A DNA stretch of 40,746 nucleotides from Eledone cirrhosa (taxonomy: Eukaryota), in assembly GCA_964016885.1 (NCBI GenBank), contig CAXHJY010000773.1, forward strand, positions 1-40,746. The letters are read 5' to 3'. Both the position numbers and the translations under genes were made by a program. Positions 1-13,251 of this stretch are shown here, one piece after another; the first letter of the stretch is position 1, and each line of letters begins with the position of its first letter. The notes under the pieces were generated by a model. The model saw only the letters and a list, made by a program, of their open reading frames with translations, was not told the origin of the DNA and did not search any database.

Positions 1-3000
1 TGTGTGTGAGAGCCTCTGTGTGTGTGAGAACCTCTGTGTGTGTGAGAGCCTCTGTGTGTGTGTGAGCCTCTGTGTGTGTGAGAGCCTCTGTGTGTGTGTG
101 AGCCTCTGTGTGTGTGAGAGCCTCTGTGTGTGTGAGAGCCTCTGTGTGTGTGTGAACCTCTGTCTGTGTGTGTGTGAGCCTCTATGTGTGTGTGAGCCTC
201 TGTGTGTGTGAGAGCCTCTGTGTGTGTGAGAACCTCTGTGTGTGTGTGAGCCTCTGTGTGTGTGTGAGCCTCTGTGTGTGTGAGAGCCTCTGTGTGTGTG
301 TGAGCCTCTGTGTGTGTGAGAGCCTCTGTGTGTGTGTGAACCTCTGTCTGTGTGTGTGTGAGCCTCTATGTGTGTGTGAGCCTCTGTGTGTGTGAGAGCC
401 TCTGTGTGTGTGAGAACCTCTGTGTGTGTGAGAGCCTCTGTGTGTGTGAGAGCCTCTGTGTGTGTGTGAGCCTCTGTGTGTGTGAGAGCCTCTGTGTGTG
501 TGTGAGCCTCTGTCTGTGTGTGTGTGAGCCTCTATGTGTGTGTGAGCCTCTGTGTGTGTGAGAGCCTCTGTGTGTGTGAGAGCCTCTCTGTGTGAGAGAG
601 CCTCTGTGTGTGTGAGAGCCTCTGTGTGTGTGAGAGCCTCTGTGTGTGTGTGAGCCTCTGTGTGTGTGTGTGTGAGCCTCTGTGTGTGTGAGAGCCTCTG
701 TGTGTGTGAGAGCCTCTGTGTGTGTGAGAGCCTCTGTGTGTGTGAGAACCTCTGTGTGTGTGAGAGCCTCTGTGTGTGTGAGAGCCTCTGTGTGTGTGTG
801 TGAGAGCCTCTGTGTGTGTGAGAGCCTCTGTGTGTGTGAGAGCCTCTGTGTGTGTGAGAGCCTCTGTGTGTGTGAGAGCCTCTCTGTGTGAGAGAGCCTC
901 TGTGTGTGTGAGAGCCTCTGTGTGTGTGAGAGCCTCTGTGTGTGTGTGAGCCTCTGTGTGTGTGAGAGCCTCTGTGTGTGTGTGAGCCTCTGTGTGTGTG
1001 AGAGCCTCTGTGTGTGTGTGTGCCTCTGTCTGTGTGTGTGTGAGCCTCTATGTGTGTGTGAGCCTCTGTGTGTGTGAGAGCCTCTGTGTGTGTGAGAACC
1101 TCTGTGTGTGTGAGAGACTCTGTGTGTGTGAGAGCCTCTGTGTGTGTGTGAGCCTCTGTGTGTGTGAGAGCCTCTGTGTGTGTGTGAGCCTCTGTCTGTG
1201 TGTGTGTGAGCCTCTATGTGTGTGTGAGCCTCTGTGTGTGTGTGAGCCTCTGTGTGTGTGAGAGCCTCTGTGTGTGTGAGAGCCTCTGTGTGTGTGTGAG
1301 CCTCTGTGTGTGTGAGAGCCTCTGTGTGTGTGTGAGCCTCTGTGTGTGTGAGAGCCTCTGTGTGTGTGTCAGCCTCTGTGTGTGTGAGAGCCTCTGTTTG
1401 TGTGTGAGCCTCTGTCTGTGTGTGTGTGAGCCTCTGTGTGTGTGAGAGCCTCTGTGTGTGTGAGAGCCTCTGTGTGTGTGTGTGAGAGCCTCTGTGTGTG
1501 TGAGAGCCTCTGTGTGTGTGAGAACCTCTGTGTGTGTGTGAGAGCCTCTGTGTGTGTGAGAGCCTCTGTGTGTGTGTGAGCCTCTGAGTGTGTGAGAGCC
1601 TCTGTGTGTGTGTGAGCCTCTGTGTGTGTGAGAGCCTCTGTGTGTGTGTGAGCCTCTGTGTGTGTGAGAGCCTCTGTGTGTGTGTGAGCCTCTGTCTGTG
1701 TGTGTGTGAGCCTCTATGTGTGTGTGAGCCTCTGTGTGTGTGAGAGCCTCTGTGGGTGTGAGAACCTCTGTGTGTGTGAGAGCCTCTGTGTGTGTGAGAG
1801 CCTCTGTGTGTGTGTGAGCCTCTGTGTGTGTGAGAGCCTCTGTGTGTGTGTGAGCCTCTGTCTGTGTGTGTGTGAGCATCTATGTGTGTGTGAGCCTGTG
1901 TGTGTGTGTGAGCCTCTGTGTGTGTGAGAGCCTCTGTGTGTGTGTGAGCCTCTGTGTGTGTGAGAGCCTCTGTGTGTGTGTGAGCCTCTGTCTGTGTGTG
2001 TGTGAGCCTCTATGTGTGTGTGAGCCTCTGTGTGTGTGAGAGCCTCTGTGTGTGTGAGAGCCTCTCTGTGTGAGAGAGCCTCTGTGTGTGTGAGAACCTC
2101 TGTGTGTGTGAGAGCCTCTGTGTGTGTGTGAGCCTCTGTGTGTGTGTGTGTGAGCCTCTGTGTGTGTGAGAGCCTCTGTGTGTGTGAGAGCCTCTGTGTG
2201 TGTGAGAGCCTCTGTGTGTGTGAGAGCCTCTGTGTGTGTGAGAGCCTCTGTGTGTGTGAGAGCCTCTGTGTGTGTGTGTGAGAGCCTCTGTGTGTGTGAG
2301 AGCCTCTGTGTGTGTGTGTGAGAGCCTCTGTGTGTGTGAGAGCCTCTGTGTGTGTGAGAGCCTCTGTGTGTGTGTGTGAGAGCCTCTGTGTGTGTGAGAG
2401 CCTCTGTGTGTGTGAGAGCCTCTGTGTGTGTGAGCCTCTGTGTGTGTGAGAGCCTCTGTGTGTGTGAGAGCCTCTGTGTGTGTGAGAGCCTCTGTGTGTG
2501 TGTGTGAGAGCCTCTGTGTATGTGAGAGCCTCTGTGTGTGTGAGAACCTCTGTGTGTGTGAGAGCCTCTGTGTGTGTGTGAGCCTCTGTGTGTGTGTGAG
2601 CCTCTGTGTGTGTGAGAGCCTCTGTGTGTGTGAGAACCTCTGTGTGTGTGAGAGCCTCTGTGTGTGAGAACCTCTGTGTGTGTGTGAGAGCCTCTGTGTG
2701 TGTGAGAGCCTCTGTGTGTGTGTGAGCCTCTGTGTTTGTGAGAGCCTCTGTGTGTGTGAGCCTCTGTGTGTGTGAGAGCCTCTGTGTGTGTGTGAGCCTC
2801 TGTGTGTGTGAGAGCCTCTGTGTGTGTGTGAGCCTCTGTGTGTGTTTGAGCCTCTGTGTGTGTGAGAGCCTCTGTGTGTGTGAGAGCCTCTGTGTGTGTG
2901 TGAGCCTCCGTGTGTGTGAGAGCCTCTGTGTGTGTGTGAGCCTCTGTGTGTGTGAGAGCCTCTGTGTGTGTGTGAGCCTCTGTGTGTGTGAGAGCCTCTG

Positions 3001-6000
3001 TGTGTGTGTGAGCCTCTGTGTGTGTGAGAGCCTCTGTGTGTGTGTGAGCCTCTGTCTGTGTGTGTGTGAGCCTCTGTGTGTGTGTGAGCCTCTGTGTGTG
3101 TGAGAGCCTCTGTGTGTGTGAGAGCCTCTGTGTGTGTGAGAGCCTCTGTGTGTGTGAGAGCCTCTGTGTGTGTGAGAACCTCTGTGTGTGTGTGAGAGCC
3201 TCTGTGTGTGAGAGCCTCTGTGTGTGTGTGAGCCTCTGTGTGTGTGAGAGCCTCTGTGTGTGTGAGCCTCTGTGTGTGTGAGAGCCTCTGTGTGTGTGTG
3301 AGCCTCTGTGTGTGTGAGAGCCTCTGTGTGTGTGTGAGCCTCTGTCTGTGTGTGTGTGAGCCTCTATGTGTGTGTGAGCCTCTGTGTGTGTGAGAGCCTC
3401 TGTGTGTGTGAGAACCTCTGTGTGTGTGAGAGCCTCTGTGTGTGTGAGAGCCTCTGTGTGTGTGTGAGCCTCTGTGTGTGTGAGAGCCTCTGTGTGTGTG
3501 TGAGCCTCTGTCTGTGTGAGAGCCTCTGTGTGTGTGAGAACCTCTGTGTGTGTGAGAGCCTCTGTGTGTGTGAGAACCTCTGTGTGTGTGAGAGCCTCTG
3601 TGTGTGTGAGAGCCTCTGTGTGTGTGTGAGCCTCTGTGTGTGTGTGAGCCTCTGTGTGTGTGTGAGCCTCTATGTGTGTGTGAGCCTCTGTGTGTATGTG
3701 AGCCTCTGTGTGTGTGAGAGCCTCTGTGTGTGTGAGAGCCTCTGTGTGTGTGTGAGCCTCTGTGTGTGTGAGAGCCTCTGTGTGTGTGTGAGCCTCTGTG
3801 TGTGTGTGAGCCTCTGTGTGTGTGAGAGCCTCCGTGTGTGTGTGTGTGTGAGCATCTGTGTGTGTGAGAGCCTCTGTGTGTGTGTGAGCCTCTGTCTGTC
3901 TGTGTGAGCCTCTGTGTGTGTGAGAGCCTCTGTCTGTCTGTGTGAGCCTCTGTGTGTGTGAGAGCCTCTGTGTGTGTGAGAGCCTCTGTGTGTGTGAGAG
4001 CCTCTGTGTGTGTGTGTGTGTGAGAGCCTCTGTGTGTGTGTGAGCCTCTGTGTGTGTGTGTGAGAGCCTCTGTGTGTGTGAGCCTCTGTGTGTGTGTGTG
4101 TGAGCCTCTGTGTGTGTGAGAGCCTCTGTGTGTGTGAGAGCCTCTGTGTGTGTGTGTGAGAGCCTCTGTGTGTGTGAGAGCCTCTGTGTGTGTGTGTGAG
4201 AGCCTCTGTGTGTGTGAGAGCCTGTGTGTGTGTGAGAGCCTCTGTGTGTGTGTGTGAGAGCCTCTGTGTGTGTGAGAGCCTCTGTGTGTGTGAGAGCCTC
4301 TGTGTGTGTGAGCCTCTGTGTGTGTGAGAGCCTCTGTGTGTGTGAGAGCCTCTGTGTGTGTGAGAGCCTCTGTGTGTGTGTGTGAGAGCCTCTGTGTATG
4401 TGAGAGCCTCTGTGTGTGTGAGTACCTCTGTGTGTGTGAGAGCCTCTGTGTGTGTGAGAGCCTCTGTGTGTGTGTGAGCCTCTGTGTGTGTGAGAGCCTC
4501 TGTGTGTGTGTGAGAGCCTCTGTGTGTGTGAGAACCTCTGTGTGTGTGAGAGCCTCTGTGTGTGTGTGAGCCTCTGTGTGTGTGTGAGCCTCTGTGTGTG
4601 TGAGAGCCTCTGTGTGTGTGAGAACCTCTGTGTGTGTGAGAGCCTCTGTGTGTGTGAGAACCTCTGTGTGTGTGTGAGAGCCTCTGTGTGTGTGAGAGCC
4701 TCTGTGTGTGTGTGAGCCTCTGTGTTTGTGAGAGCCTCTGTGTGTGTGAGCCTCTGTGTGTGTGAGAGCCTCTGTGTGTGTGTGAGCCTCTGTGTGTGTG
4801 AGAGCCTCTGTGTGTGTGAGAGCCTCTGTGTGTGTGTGAGACTCTGTGTGTGTGAGAGCCTCTGTGTGTGTGTGAGCCTCTGTGTGTGTGAGAGCCTCTG
4901 TGTGTGTGTGAGCCTCTGTGTGTGTGAGAGCCTCTGTGTGTGTGAGAGCCTCTGTGTGTGTGTGAGCCTCTGTGTGTGTGAGAGCCTCTGTGTGTGTGTG
5001 AGAGCCTCTGTGTGTGTGAGAACCTCTGTGTGTGTGAGAGCCTCTGTGTGTGTGTGAGCCTCTGTGTGTGTGTGAGCCTCTGTGTGTGTGAGAGCCTCTG
5101 TGTGTGTGAGAACCTCTGTGTGTGTGAGAGCCTCTGTGTGTGTGAGAACCTCTGTGTGTGTGTGAGAGCCTCTGTGTGTGTGAGAGCCTCTGTGTGTGTG
5201 TGAGCCTCTGTGTTTGTGAGAGCCTCTGTGTGTGTGAGCCTCTGTGTGTGTGAGAGCCTCTGTGTGTGTGTGAGCCTCTGTGTGTGTGAGAGCCTCTGTG
5301 TGTGTGTGAGCCTCTGTGTTTGTGAGAGCCTCTGTGTGTGTGAGCCTCTGTGTGTGTGAGAGCCTCTGTGTGTGTGTGAGCCTCTGTGTGTGTGAGAGCC
5401 TCTGTGTGTGTGAGAGCCTCTGTGTGTGTGTGAGCCTCTGTGTGTGTGAGAGCCTCCGTGTGTGTGTGAGCCTCTGTGTGTGTGAGAGCCTCTGTGTGTG
5501 TGTGAGCCTCTGTGTGTGTGAGAGCCTCTGTGTGTGTGTGAGCCTCTGTGTGTGTGAGAGCCTCTGTGTGTGTGTGAGCCTCTGTCTGTGTGTGTGTGAG
5601 CCTCTGTGTGTGTGTGAGCCTCTGTGTGTGTGAGAGCCTCTGTGTGTGTGAGAGCCTCTGTGTGTGTGAGAGCCTCTGTGTGTGTGAGAGCCTCTGTGTG
5701 TGTGAGAACCTCTGTGTGTGTGTGAGAGCCTCTGTGTGTGTGAGAGCCTCTGTGTGTGTGTGAGCCTCTGTGTGTGTGAGAGCCTCTGTGTGTGTGAGAC
5801 CCTCTGTGTGTGTGTGAGCCTCTGTGTGTGTGAGAGCCTCTGTGTGTGTGTGAGCCTCTGTGTGTGTGAGAGCCTCTGTGTGTGTGTGAGCCTCTGTCTG
5901 TGTGTGTGTGAGCCTCTATGTGTGTGTGAGCCTCTGTGTGTGTGAGAGCCTCTGTGTGTGTGAGAACCTCTGTGTGTGTGAGAGCCTCTGTGTGTGTGAG

Positions 6001-9000
6001 AGCCTCTGTGTGTGTGTGAGCCTCTGTGTGTGTGTGAGCCTCTGTCTGTGTGTGTGTGAGCCTCTATGTGTGTGTGAGCCTCTGTGTGTGTGTGAGCCTC
6101 TGTGTGTGTGAGAGCCTCTGTGTGTGTGAGAGCCTCTGTGTGTGTGTGAGCCTCTGTGTGTGTGAGAGCCTCTGTGTGTGTGTGAGCCTCTGTGTGTGTG
6201 TGAGCCTCTGTGTGTGTGAGAGCCTCCGTGTCTGTGTGTGTGTGAGCATCTGTGTGTGTGAGAGCCTCTGTGTGTGTGTGAGCCTCTGTCTGTCTGTGTG
6301 AGCCTCTGTGTGTGTGAGAGCCTCTGTCTGTCTGTGTGAGCCTCTGTGTGTGTGAGAGCCTCTGTGTGTGTGAGAGCCTCTGTGTGTGTGAGAGCCTCTG
6401 TGTGTGTGAGAGCCTCTGTGTGTGTGTGTGAGAGCCTCTGTGTGTGTGTGAGCCTCTGTGTGTGTGTGTGAGAGCCTCTGTGTGTGTGAGCCTCTGTGTG
6501 TGTGTGTGTGAGCCTCTGTGTGTGTGAGAGCCTCTGTGTGTGTGAGAGCCTCTGTGTGTGTGAGAGCCTCTGTGTGTGTGTGAGCCTCTGTGTGTGTGTG
6601 AGAGCCTCTGTGTGTGTGTGAGCCTCTGTGTGTGTGTGTGTGAGCCTCTGTGTGTGTGAGAGCCTCTGTGTGTGTGAGAGCCTCTGTGTGTGTGAGAGCC
6701 TCTGTCTGTGTGTGAGCCTCTGTGTGTGTGTGTGAGAGCCTCTGTGTGTGTGTGTTAGCCTCTGTCTGTGTGAGAGCCTCTGTGTGTGTGAGAGCCTCTG
6801 TGTGTAAGAGAGCCTCTGTGTGTGTGAGAGCCTCTGTCTGTGTGTGAGCCTCTGTGTGTGTGTGTGAGAGCCTCTGTGTGTGTGTGAGCCTCTGTGTGTG
6901 TGTGTGTGAGCCTCTGTGTGTGAGAGAGCCTCTGTGTGTGTGAGAGCCTCTGTGTGTGTGAGAGCCTCTGTCTGTGTGTGAGCCTCTGTGTGTGTGTGTG
7001 AGAGCCTCTGTGTGTGTGAGAACCTCTGTGTGTGTGTGAGAGCCTCTGTGTGTGTGAGAGCCTCTGTGTGTGTGTGAGCCTCTGTGTTTGTGAGAGCCTC
7101 TGTGTGTGTGAGCCTCTGTGTGTGTGAGAGCCTCTGTGTGTGTGTGAGCCTCTGTGTGTGTGAGAGCCTCTGTGTGTGTGTGAGCCTCTGTGTGTGTTTG
7201 AGCCTCTGTGTGTGTGAGAGCCTCTGTGTGTGTGAGAGCCTCTGTGTGTGTGTGAGCCTCTGTGTGTGTGAGAGCCTCTGTGTGTGTGTGAGCCTCTGTG
7301 TGTGTGAGAGCCTCTGTGTGTGTGTGAGCCTCTGTGTGTGTGAGAGCCTCTGTGTGTGTGTGAGCCTCTGTGTGTGTGAGAGCCTCTGTGTGTGTGTGAG
7401 CCTCTGTGTGTGTGAGAGCCTCTGTGTGTGTGTGAGCCTCTGTCTGTGTGTGTGTGAGCCTCTGTGTGTGTGTGAGCCTCTGTGTGTGTGAGAGCCTCTG
7501 TGTGTGTGAGAGCCTCTGTGTGTGTGAGAGCCTCTGTGTGTGTGAGAGCCTCTGTGTGTGTGAGAACCTCTGTGTGTGTGTGAGAGCCTCTGTGTGTGTG
7601 AGAGCCTCTGTGTGTGAGCCTCTGTGTGTGTGAGAGCCTCTGTGTGTGTGTGAGCCTCTGTGTGTGTGAGAGCCTCTGTGTGTGTGTGAGCCTCTGTCTG
7701 TGTGTGTGTGAGCCTCTATGTGTGTGAGAGCCTCTGTGTGTGTGTGAGAACCTCTGTGTGTGTGAGAGCCTCTGTGTGTGTGAGAGCCTCTGTGTGTGTG
7801 TGAGCCTCTGTGTGTGTGAGAGCCTCTGTGTGTGTGTGAGCCTCTATGTATGTGTGAGCCTCTGTGTGTGTGTGAGCCTCTGTGTGTGTGAGAGCCTCTG
7901 TGTGTGTGAGAGCCTCTGTGTGTGTGTGAGCCTCTGTGTGTGTGAGAGCCTCTGTGTGTGTGTGAGCCTCTGTGTGTGTGTGAGCCTCTGTGTGTGTGAG
8001 AGCCTCCGTGTGTGTGTGTGTGTGAGCATCTGTGTGTGTGAGAGCCTCTGTGTGTGTGTGAGCCTCTGTCTGTCTGTGTGAGCCTCTGTGTGTGTGAGAG
8101 CCTCTGTCTGTCTGTGTGAGCCTCTGTGTGTGTGAGAGCCTCTGTGTGTGTGAGAGCCTCTGTGTGTGTGAGAGCCTCTGTGTGTGTGAGAGCCTCTGTG
8201 TGTGTGAGAGCCTCTGTGTGTGTGTGTGAGAGCCTCTGTGTGTGTGTGAGCCTCTGTGTGTGTGAGCCTCTGTGTGTGTGTGTGTGAGCCTCTGTGTGTG
8301 TGAGAGCCTCTGTGTGTGTGAGAGCCTCTGTGTGTGTGAGAGCCTCTGTGTGTGTGTGAGCCTCTGTGTGTGTGTGTGAGAGCCTCTGTGTGTGTGTGAG
8401 CCTCTGTGTGTGTGAGTGTGAGCCTCTGTGTGTGTGTGAGCCTCTGTGTGTGTGAGAGCCTCTGTGTGTGTGAGAGCCTCTGTGTGTGTGAGAGCCTCTG
8501 TGTGTGTGAGAGCCTCTGTCTGTGTGTGAGCCTCTGTGTGTGTGTGTGAGAGCCTCTGTGTGTGTGTGTGAGCCTCTGTCTGTGTGAGAGCCTCTGTGTG
8601 TGTGAGAGCCTCTGTGTGTGAGAGAGCCTCTGTGTGTGTGAGAGCCTCTGTCTGTGTGTGAGCCTCTGTGTGTGTGTGTGAGAGCCTCTGTGTGTGTGTG
8701 AGCCTCTGTGTGTGTGTGAGCCTCTGTGTGTGAGAGAGCCTCTGTGTGTGTGAGAGCCTCTGTGTGTGTGAGAGCCTCTGTCTGTGTGTGAGCCTCTGTG
8801 TGTGTGTGTGAGAGCCTCTGTGTGTGTGTGAGCCTCTGTGTGTGTGTGTGAGAGCCTCTGTGTGTGTGAGAGCCTCTGTGTGTGTGAGAGCCTCTGTCTG
8901 TGTGTGAGCCTCTGTGTGTGTGTGTGAGAGCCTCTGTGTGTGTGTGAGCCTCTGTGTGTGTGTGTGTGAGCCTCTGTGTGTGAGAGAGCCTCTGTGTGTG

Positions 9001-11126
9001 TGAGAGCCTCTGTGTGTGTGAGAGCCTCTGTCTGTGTGTGAGCCTCTGTGTGTGTGTGTGAGAGCCTCTGTGTGTGTGTGAGCCTCTGTGTGTGTGTGTG
9101 AGAGCCTCTGTGTGTGTGAGAGCCTCTGTGTGTGTGAGAGCCTCTGTCTGTGTGAGAGCCTCTGTGTGTGTGAGAGCCTCTGTCTGTGTGTGAGCCTCTG
9201 TGTGTGTGTGTGAGAGCCTCTGTGTGTGTGTGAGCCTCTGTGTGTGTGTGTGAGCCTCTGTGTGTGTGAGAGCCTCTGTGTGTGTGAGAGCCTCTGTGTG
9301 TGTGAGAGCCTCTGTGTGTGTGAGAGCCTCTGTGTGTGTGAGAGTCTCTGTGTGTGTGAGAGCCTCTGTGTGTGTGAGAGCCTCTGTGTGTGTGTGAGCC
9401 TCTGTGTGTGTGTGTGAGAGCCTCTGTGTATGTGAGAGCCTCTGTGTGTGTGAGAGCCTCTGTCTGTGTGAGAGCCTCTCTGTGTGTGTGAGAGCCTCTG
9501 TCTGTGTGAGAGCCTCTGTGTGTGTGAGAGCCTCTGTCTGTGTGTGAGCCTCTGTGTGTGTGTGTGAGAGCCTCTGTGTGTGTGTGAGCCTCTGTGTGTG
9601 TGTGTGAGCCTCTGTGTGTGTGAGAGCCTCTGTGTGTGTGAGAGCCTCTGTGTGTGTGAGAGCCTCTGTGTGTGTGAGAGCCTCTGTGTGTGTGAGAGCC
9701 TCTGTGTGTGTGAGAGCCTCTGTGTGTGTGAGAGCCTCTGTGTGTGTGTGAGCCTGTGTGTGTCTGTGTGTGAGAGCCTCTGTGTGTGTGAGAGCCTCTG
9801 TGTGTGTGAGAGCCTCTGTGTGTGTGAGAGCCTCTGTGTGTGTGAGAGCCTCTGTGTGTGAGAGAGCCTCTGTGTGTGTGTGAGCCTCTGTGTGTGTGTG
9901 TGAGAGCCTCTGTCTGTGTGTGAGCCTCTGTGTGTGTGTGTGAGAGCCTCTGTGTGTGTGTGAGCCTCTGTATGTTTGTGTGTGAGCCTCTATGTGTGTG
10001 TGAGCCTCTGTGTGTGTGTGAGCCTCTGTGTGTGTGAGAGCCTCTGTGTGTGTGAGAGCCTCTGTGTGTGTGAGAGCCTCTGTGTGTGTGTGAGCCGCTG
10101 TGTGTGTGTGTGTGCGCCTCTGTGTGTGTGAGAGCCTCTGTGTGTGTGAGAGCCTCTGTGTGTCTGTTAGAGCCTCTGTCTGTGTGTGAGCCTCTGTGTG
10201 TGTGTGTGAGAGCCTCTGTGTGTGTGTGAGCCTCTGTGTGTGTGTGTGTGTGTGCGCCTCTGTGTGTGTGAGAGCCTCTGTGTGTGTGAGAGCCTCTGTG
10301 TGTGTGAGAGCCTCTGTGTGTGTGAGAGCCTCTGTGTGTGTGTGAGCCTCTGTGTGTGTGAGAGCCTCTGTGTGTGTGAGAGCCTCTGTGTGTGTGAGAG
10401 CCTCTGTGTGTGTGTGAGCCTCAGTGTGTGTGAGAGCCTCTGTGTGTGTGAGAGCCTCTGTGTGTGTGTGAGCCTCTGTGTGTGTGAGAGCCTCTGTCTG
10501 TGTGAGAGCCTCTGTGTGTGTGTGAGCCTCTGTGTGTGTGTGTGTGTGTGAGCCTCTGTGTGTGTGAGAGCCTCTGTGTGTGTGAGAGCCTCTGTGTGTG
10601 TGAGAGCCTCTGTGTGTGTGAGAGCCTCTGTATGTGTGAGAGCCTCTGTGTGTGTGTGAGCCTCTGTGTGTGTGTGTGAGAGCCTCTGTCTGTGTGTGAG
10701 CCTCTGTGTGTGTGTGTGAGAGCCTCTGTATGTGTGAGAGCCTGTGTGTGTGAGAGCCTCTGTGTGTGTGTGAGCCTCTGTGTGTGTGAGAGCCTCTGTG
10801 TGTGTGAGAGCCTATGTGTGTGTGTGAGCCTCTGTGTGTGTGAGAGCCTCTGTGTGTGTGAGAGCCTCTGTGTGTGTGAGAGCCTCTGTGTGTGTGAGAG
10901 CCGCTGTGTGTGTGAGAGCCTCTGTGTGTGTGAGAGCCTCTGTGTGTGTGAGAGCCTCTGTGTGTGTGTGTGAGAGCCTCTGTCTGTGTGAGAGCCTCTG
11001 TGTGTGTGTGAGCCTCTGTGTGTGTGTGTGTGAGCCTCTGTGTGTGTGTGAGCCTCTGTGTGTGTGTGTGTGTGAGAGCCTCTGTCTGTGTGTGTGAGAG
11101 CCTCTGTGTGTGTGTGAGTCTCTGTG
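1..11126. repeat. Large minisatellite, ~18-bp unit GAGAGCCTC(TG)n / GTGAGCCTC(TG)n, with higher-order duplications
   Basis: Continuous tandem array of GAGCCTC separated by variable TG tracts. It runs off the left edge and ends abruptly at ~11126. Confidence 0.98.
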
Positions 11127-11232
11127 TATTATCGAATACAGTCCCAGAAGTTTTACTACCAGATAGCAAACTCAAATTAAAGATTTTGAGGATGAAATGA
11201 AATTGTTTGCCAGACACACTGGCTTGTTTTAG
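11127..11232 (+). other. Candidate non-coding 5'UTR exon of the serine protease gene
   Basis: Unique sequence ending at a strong donor (TTTTAG|GTAAGA, 11232/11233). The ATG exon has its own acceptor at 15274, so an upstream exon is required. The start coordinate is uncertain. Confidence 0.35.
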
Positions 11233-11696
11233 GTAAGATGGTTATTCCACATCATTGACATACATATACTATGTATGCACGTATATACATGAATACACAC
11301 ACACACACACACACACAGTCACACAGTCATCTTCACCACGATGACTGACTATTTTCTTTGTCTGAGTTTGATTGTTTGTTACTGTCGGGGAATAAAAATT
11401 ACATTCAGCTAAGTGAGCACTTTTTTCAAGGATCGCTTAGCCTAAGCTTGAAACCTGTTAGCCGGCCGGGGGGTTGCCGACTCCTAGTCTAGATGAACTC
11501 AATACATGGCAAAAATTCAGTCATCTACCATTGGTGGGATGTCGCATTGAAATGTAGTCGAGTTGGTGACCAAGCACACTGAGAATGGTGAACCCCTATA
11601 GTTTTAGTCAGAATATTTGTGTATGAGAGGGAACCCCAAAGTAGTTGATATCAAGCCATGGGAGCACTGTTAGTATCCAAAGGAAGGTGGGACCTC

Positions 11697-11968
11697 TAGT
11701 ATCGTAACTAGGGTATGGCAAGCATGGCACGTAGCGTGGGTGCCACTTGGACTAGGAGCATTTTCTATTAAAATCAGATAAGCTATCATTTCTTCAGATG
11801 TATTGATCTGTCTTTGATTATCATGGGTGAGAAGCACTACGGTGGCTGGATTAACGGACGCGATTGATATTTTTGAACTGATTTAAGGCAGATGGGTGTC
11901 AGTTGTTTGGACAGGGGCCCAATTTCACTGCGTGCCATAGCCCCTATTTTGTCATAGTTACACCTCTG
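11697..11968. mobile_element. Decayed hAT-like MITE
   Basis: Imperfect TIRs TAGTATCGTAACTAG...ATAGTTACACCTCTG; 8-bp flanks GGGACCTC / GGGACCAT (6/8 identical). Confidence 0.5.
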
Positions 11969-12075
11969 GGGACCATGCAGGAGGTCGATTGAACTTTGGG
12001 GCCCAAAACCTGGCGTTTGTAGAAGAAATGAACTGGAGAGAACTTATTGCAAGTTAATTATATATATAAAAGGAA

Positions 12076-12289
12076 CGATCGACTTTCGTCAAATCGGACC
12101 GAGGGAACAATGTTTCCGTTGGTCTTTCCAATTGCTAATACTATCTATCGGTCGCAACTCCAGGTAGAAGAAGCAACGTGAAATAAAGTGTCTTGCTCAA
12201 GGACATAACGCATCGCCTGGTCCAGGAATCGAACTCACAACCTTACGATTGCGAATTCCAATTCTCTAACCACTCAGCCACACGCCTTC
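12076..12289 (-). mobile_element. tRNA-derived SINE family B (CORE-like central domain)
   Basis: Minus strand has A-box TGGCTGAGTGG, B-box GTTCGATTCC, then GTCCTTGAGCAAGACACTTTATTTCACGTTGCT. Homologous to 22889-23093. Confidence 0.8.
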
Positions 12290-12304
12290 AAAATATATAT
12301 ATAT

Positions 12305-12362
<58 letters not shown>

Positions 12363-13041
12363 TTAAAGAAGTGACAACACAAACACAAAGTCTTATTAAG
12401 ATCATGTTTAGGAGGAAGTAGATCAGAGTTTGGCGCTTCGGACGTAAGTCTTTCTTCAGGAAATGTAGAGTTCAGAGAGGGAGAAAGAACTGGTTGGAAC
12501 ATCAGGCAAACGTTTTTAAGAAGGTTGGGGCTGGTGAACGCGTGGTTTTGGCATTCGGGAGAGATGGCCGAGATAGAGTGTCAAGGTGTGTCATGATTGT
12601 GGTTATGTGTGGGTCGATGGGGTAAATTCCATAGGTTGCTTCTTAACTTCGAAGTCACTACCACGTTTCTGTTCAGAAAATAAAATTTACAATCTGCTTT
12701 GCTTACATGTATTGAGTGCTCATTCAGTTAATGTTTGAACGTTTTAAGTGCAAAGGCGTTTTAAAACACCCACTCTAATATATATGTTTGTTATCAGTGC
12801 GATAAAACAGAGCACGCATGCGTACACACCAGCAAAATATAAATTTTTGATGAGAATTTCCTCAATGATTGTCATCTGTTTAATTAAAGTTGAGACAAAG
12901 ACTTGCTTCTTTTCTACCTCAGAACTGTAATACAATAATCCTTACCCATTCACTTCTCTCTTTTATACTTTGGCGACCTCATCTGGCGTAAGTTTGCATC
13001 ACTTGCTACGATGCACACCTTTCTATAATTATTATTATTAA

Positions 13042-13251
13042 CCCTTCAACATTTACATTGCTCTATATATTTACTATTATATTTCCATGCTAAAGGCTTC
13101 ACCTCACATAATATCGAATCTATGAGATTTTGATATTATTTATTTCTTAACAATACCTTAACATCAGTATGAGCAGCCGGTTACAGTCGGTCTGAACAGA
13201 AAAAAAGTGAGAGAATTCTAGCCGGATACGGCCGGTTTAAATGCTAAAGTG
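13042..13251. mobile_element. piggyBac-like MITE
   Basis: TTAA|CCCTTCAACATTTA ... TAAATGCTAAAGTG|TTAA: TTAA target duplication and imperfect TIRs. Confidence 0.65.

Noticed and set aside
1-11126. CRISPR-like regular repeats
   Set aside because: No unique spacers, no cas genes, and a eukaryotic context.
6064-11217. 1717-aa His/Thr-rich ORF on the minus strand, and the many CVCESL ORFs
   Set aside because: The repeat unit has no stop codons on that strand, and the reading drifts between frames with TG-length changes. There is no codon-level constraint.
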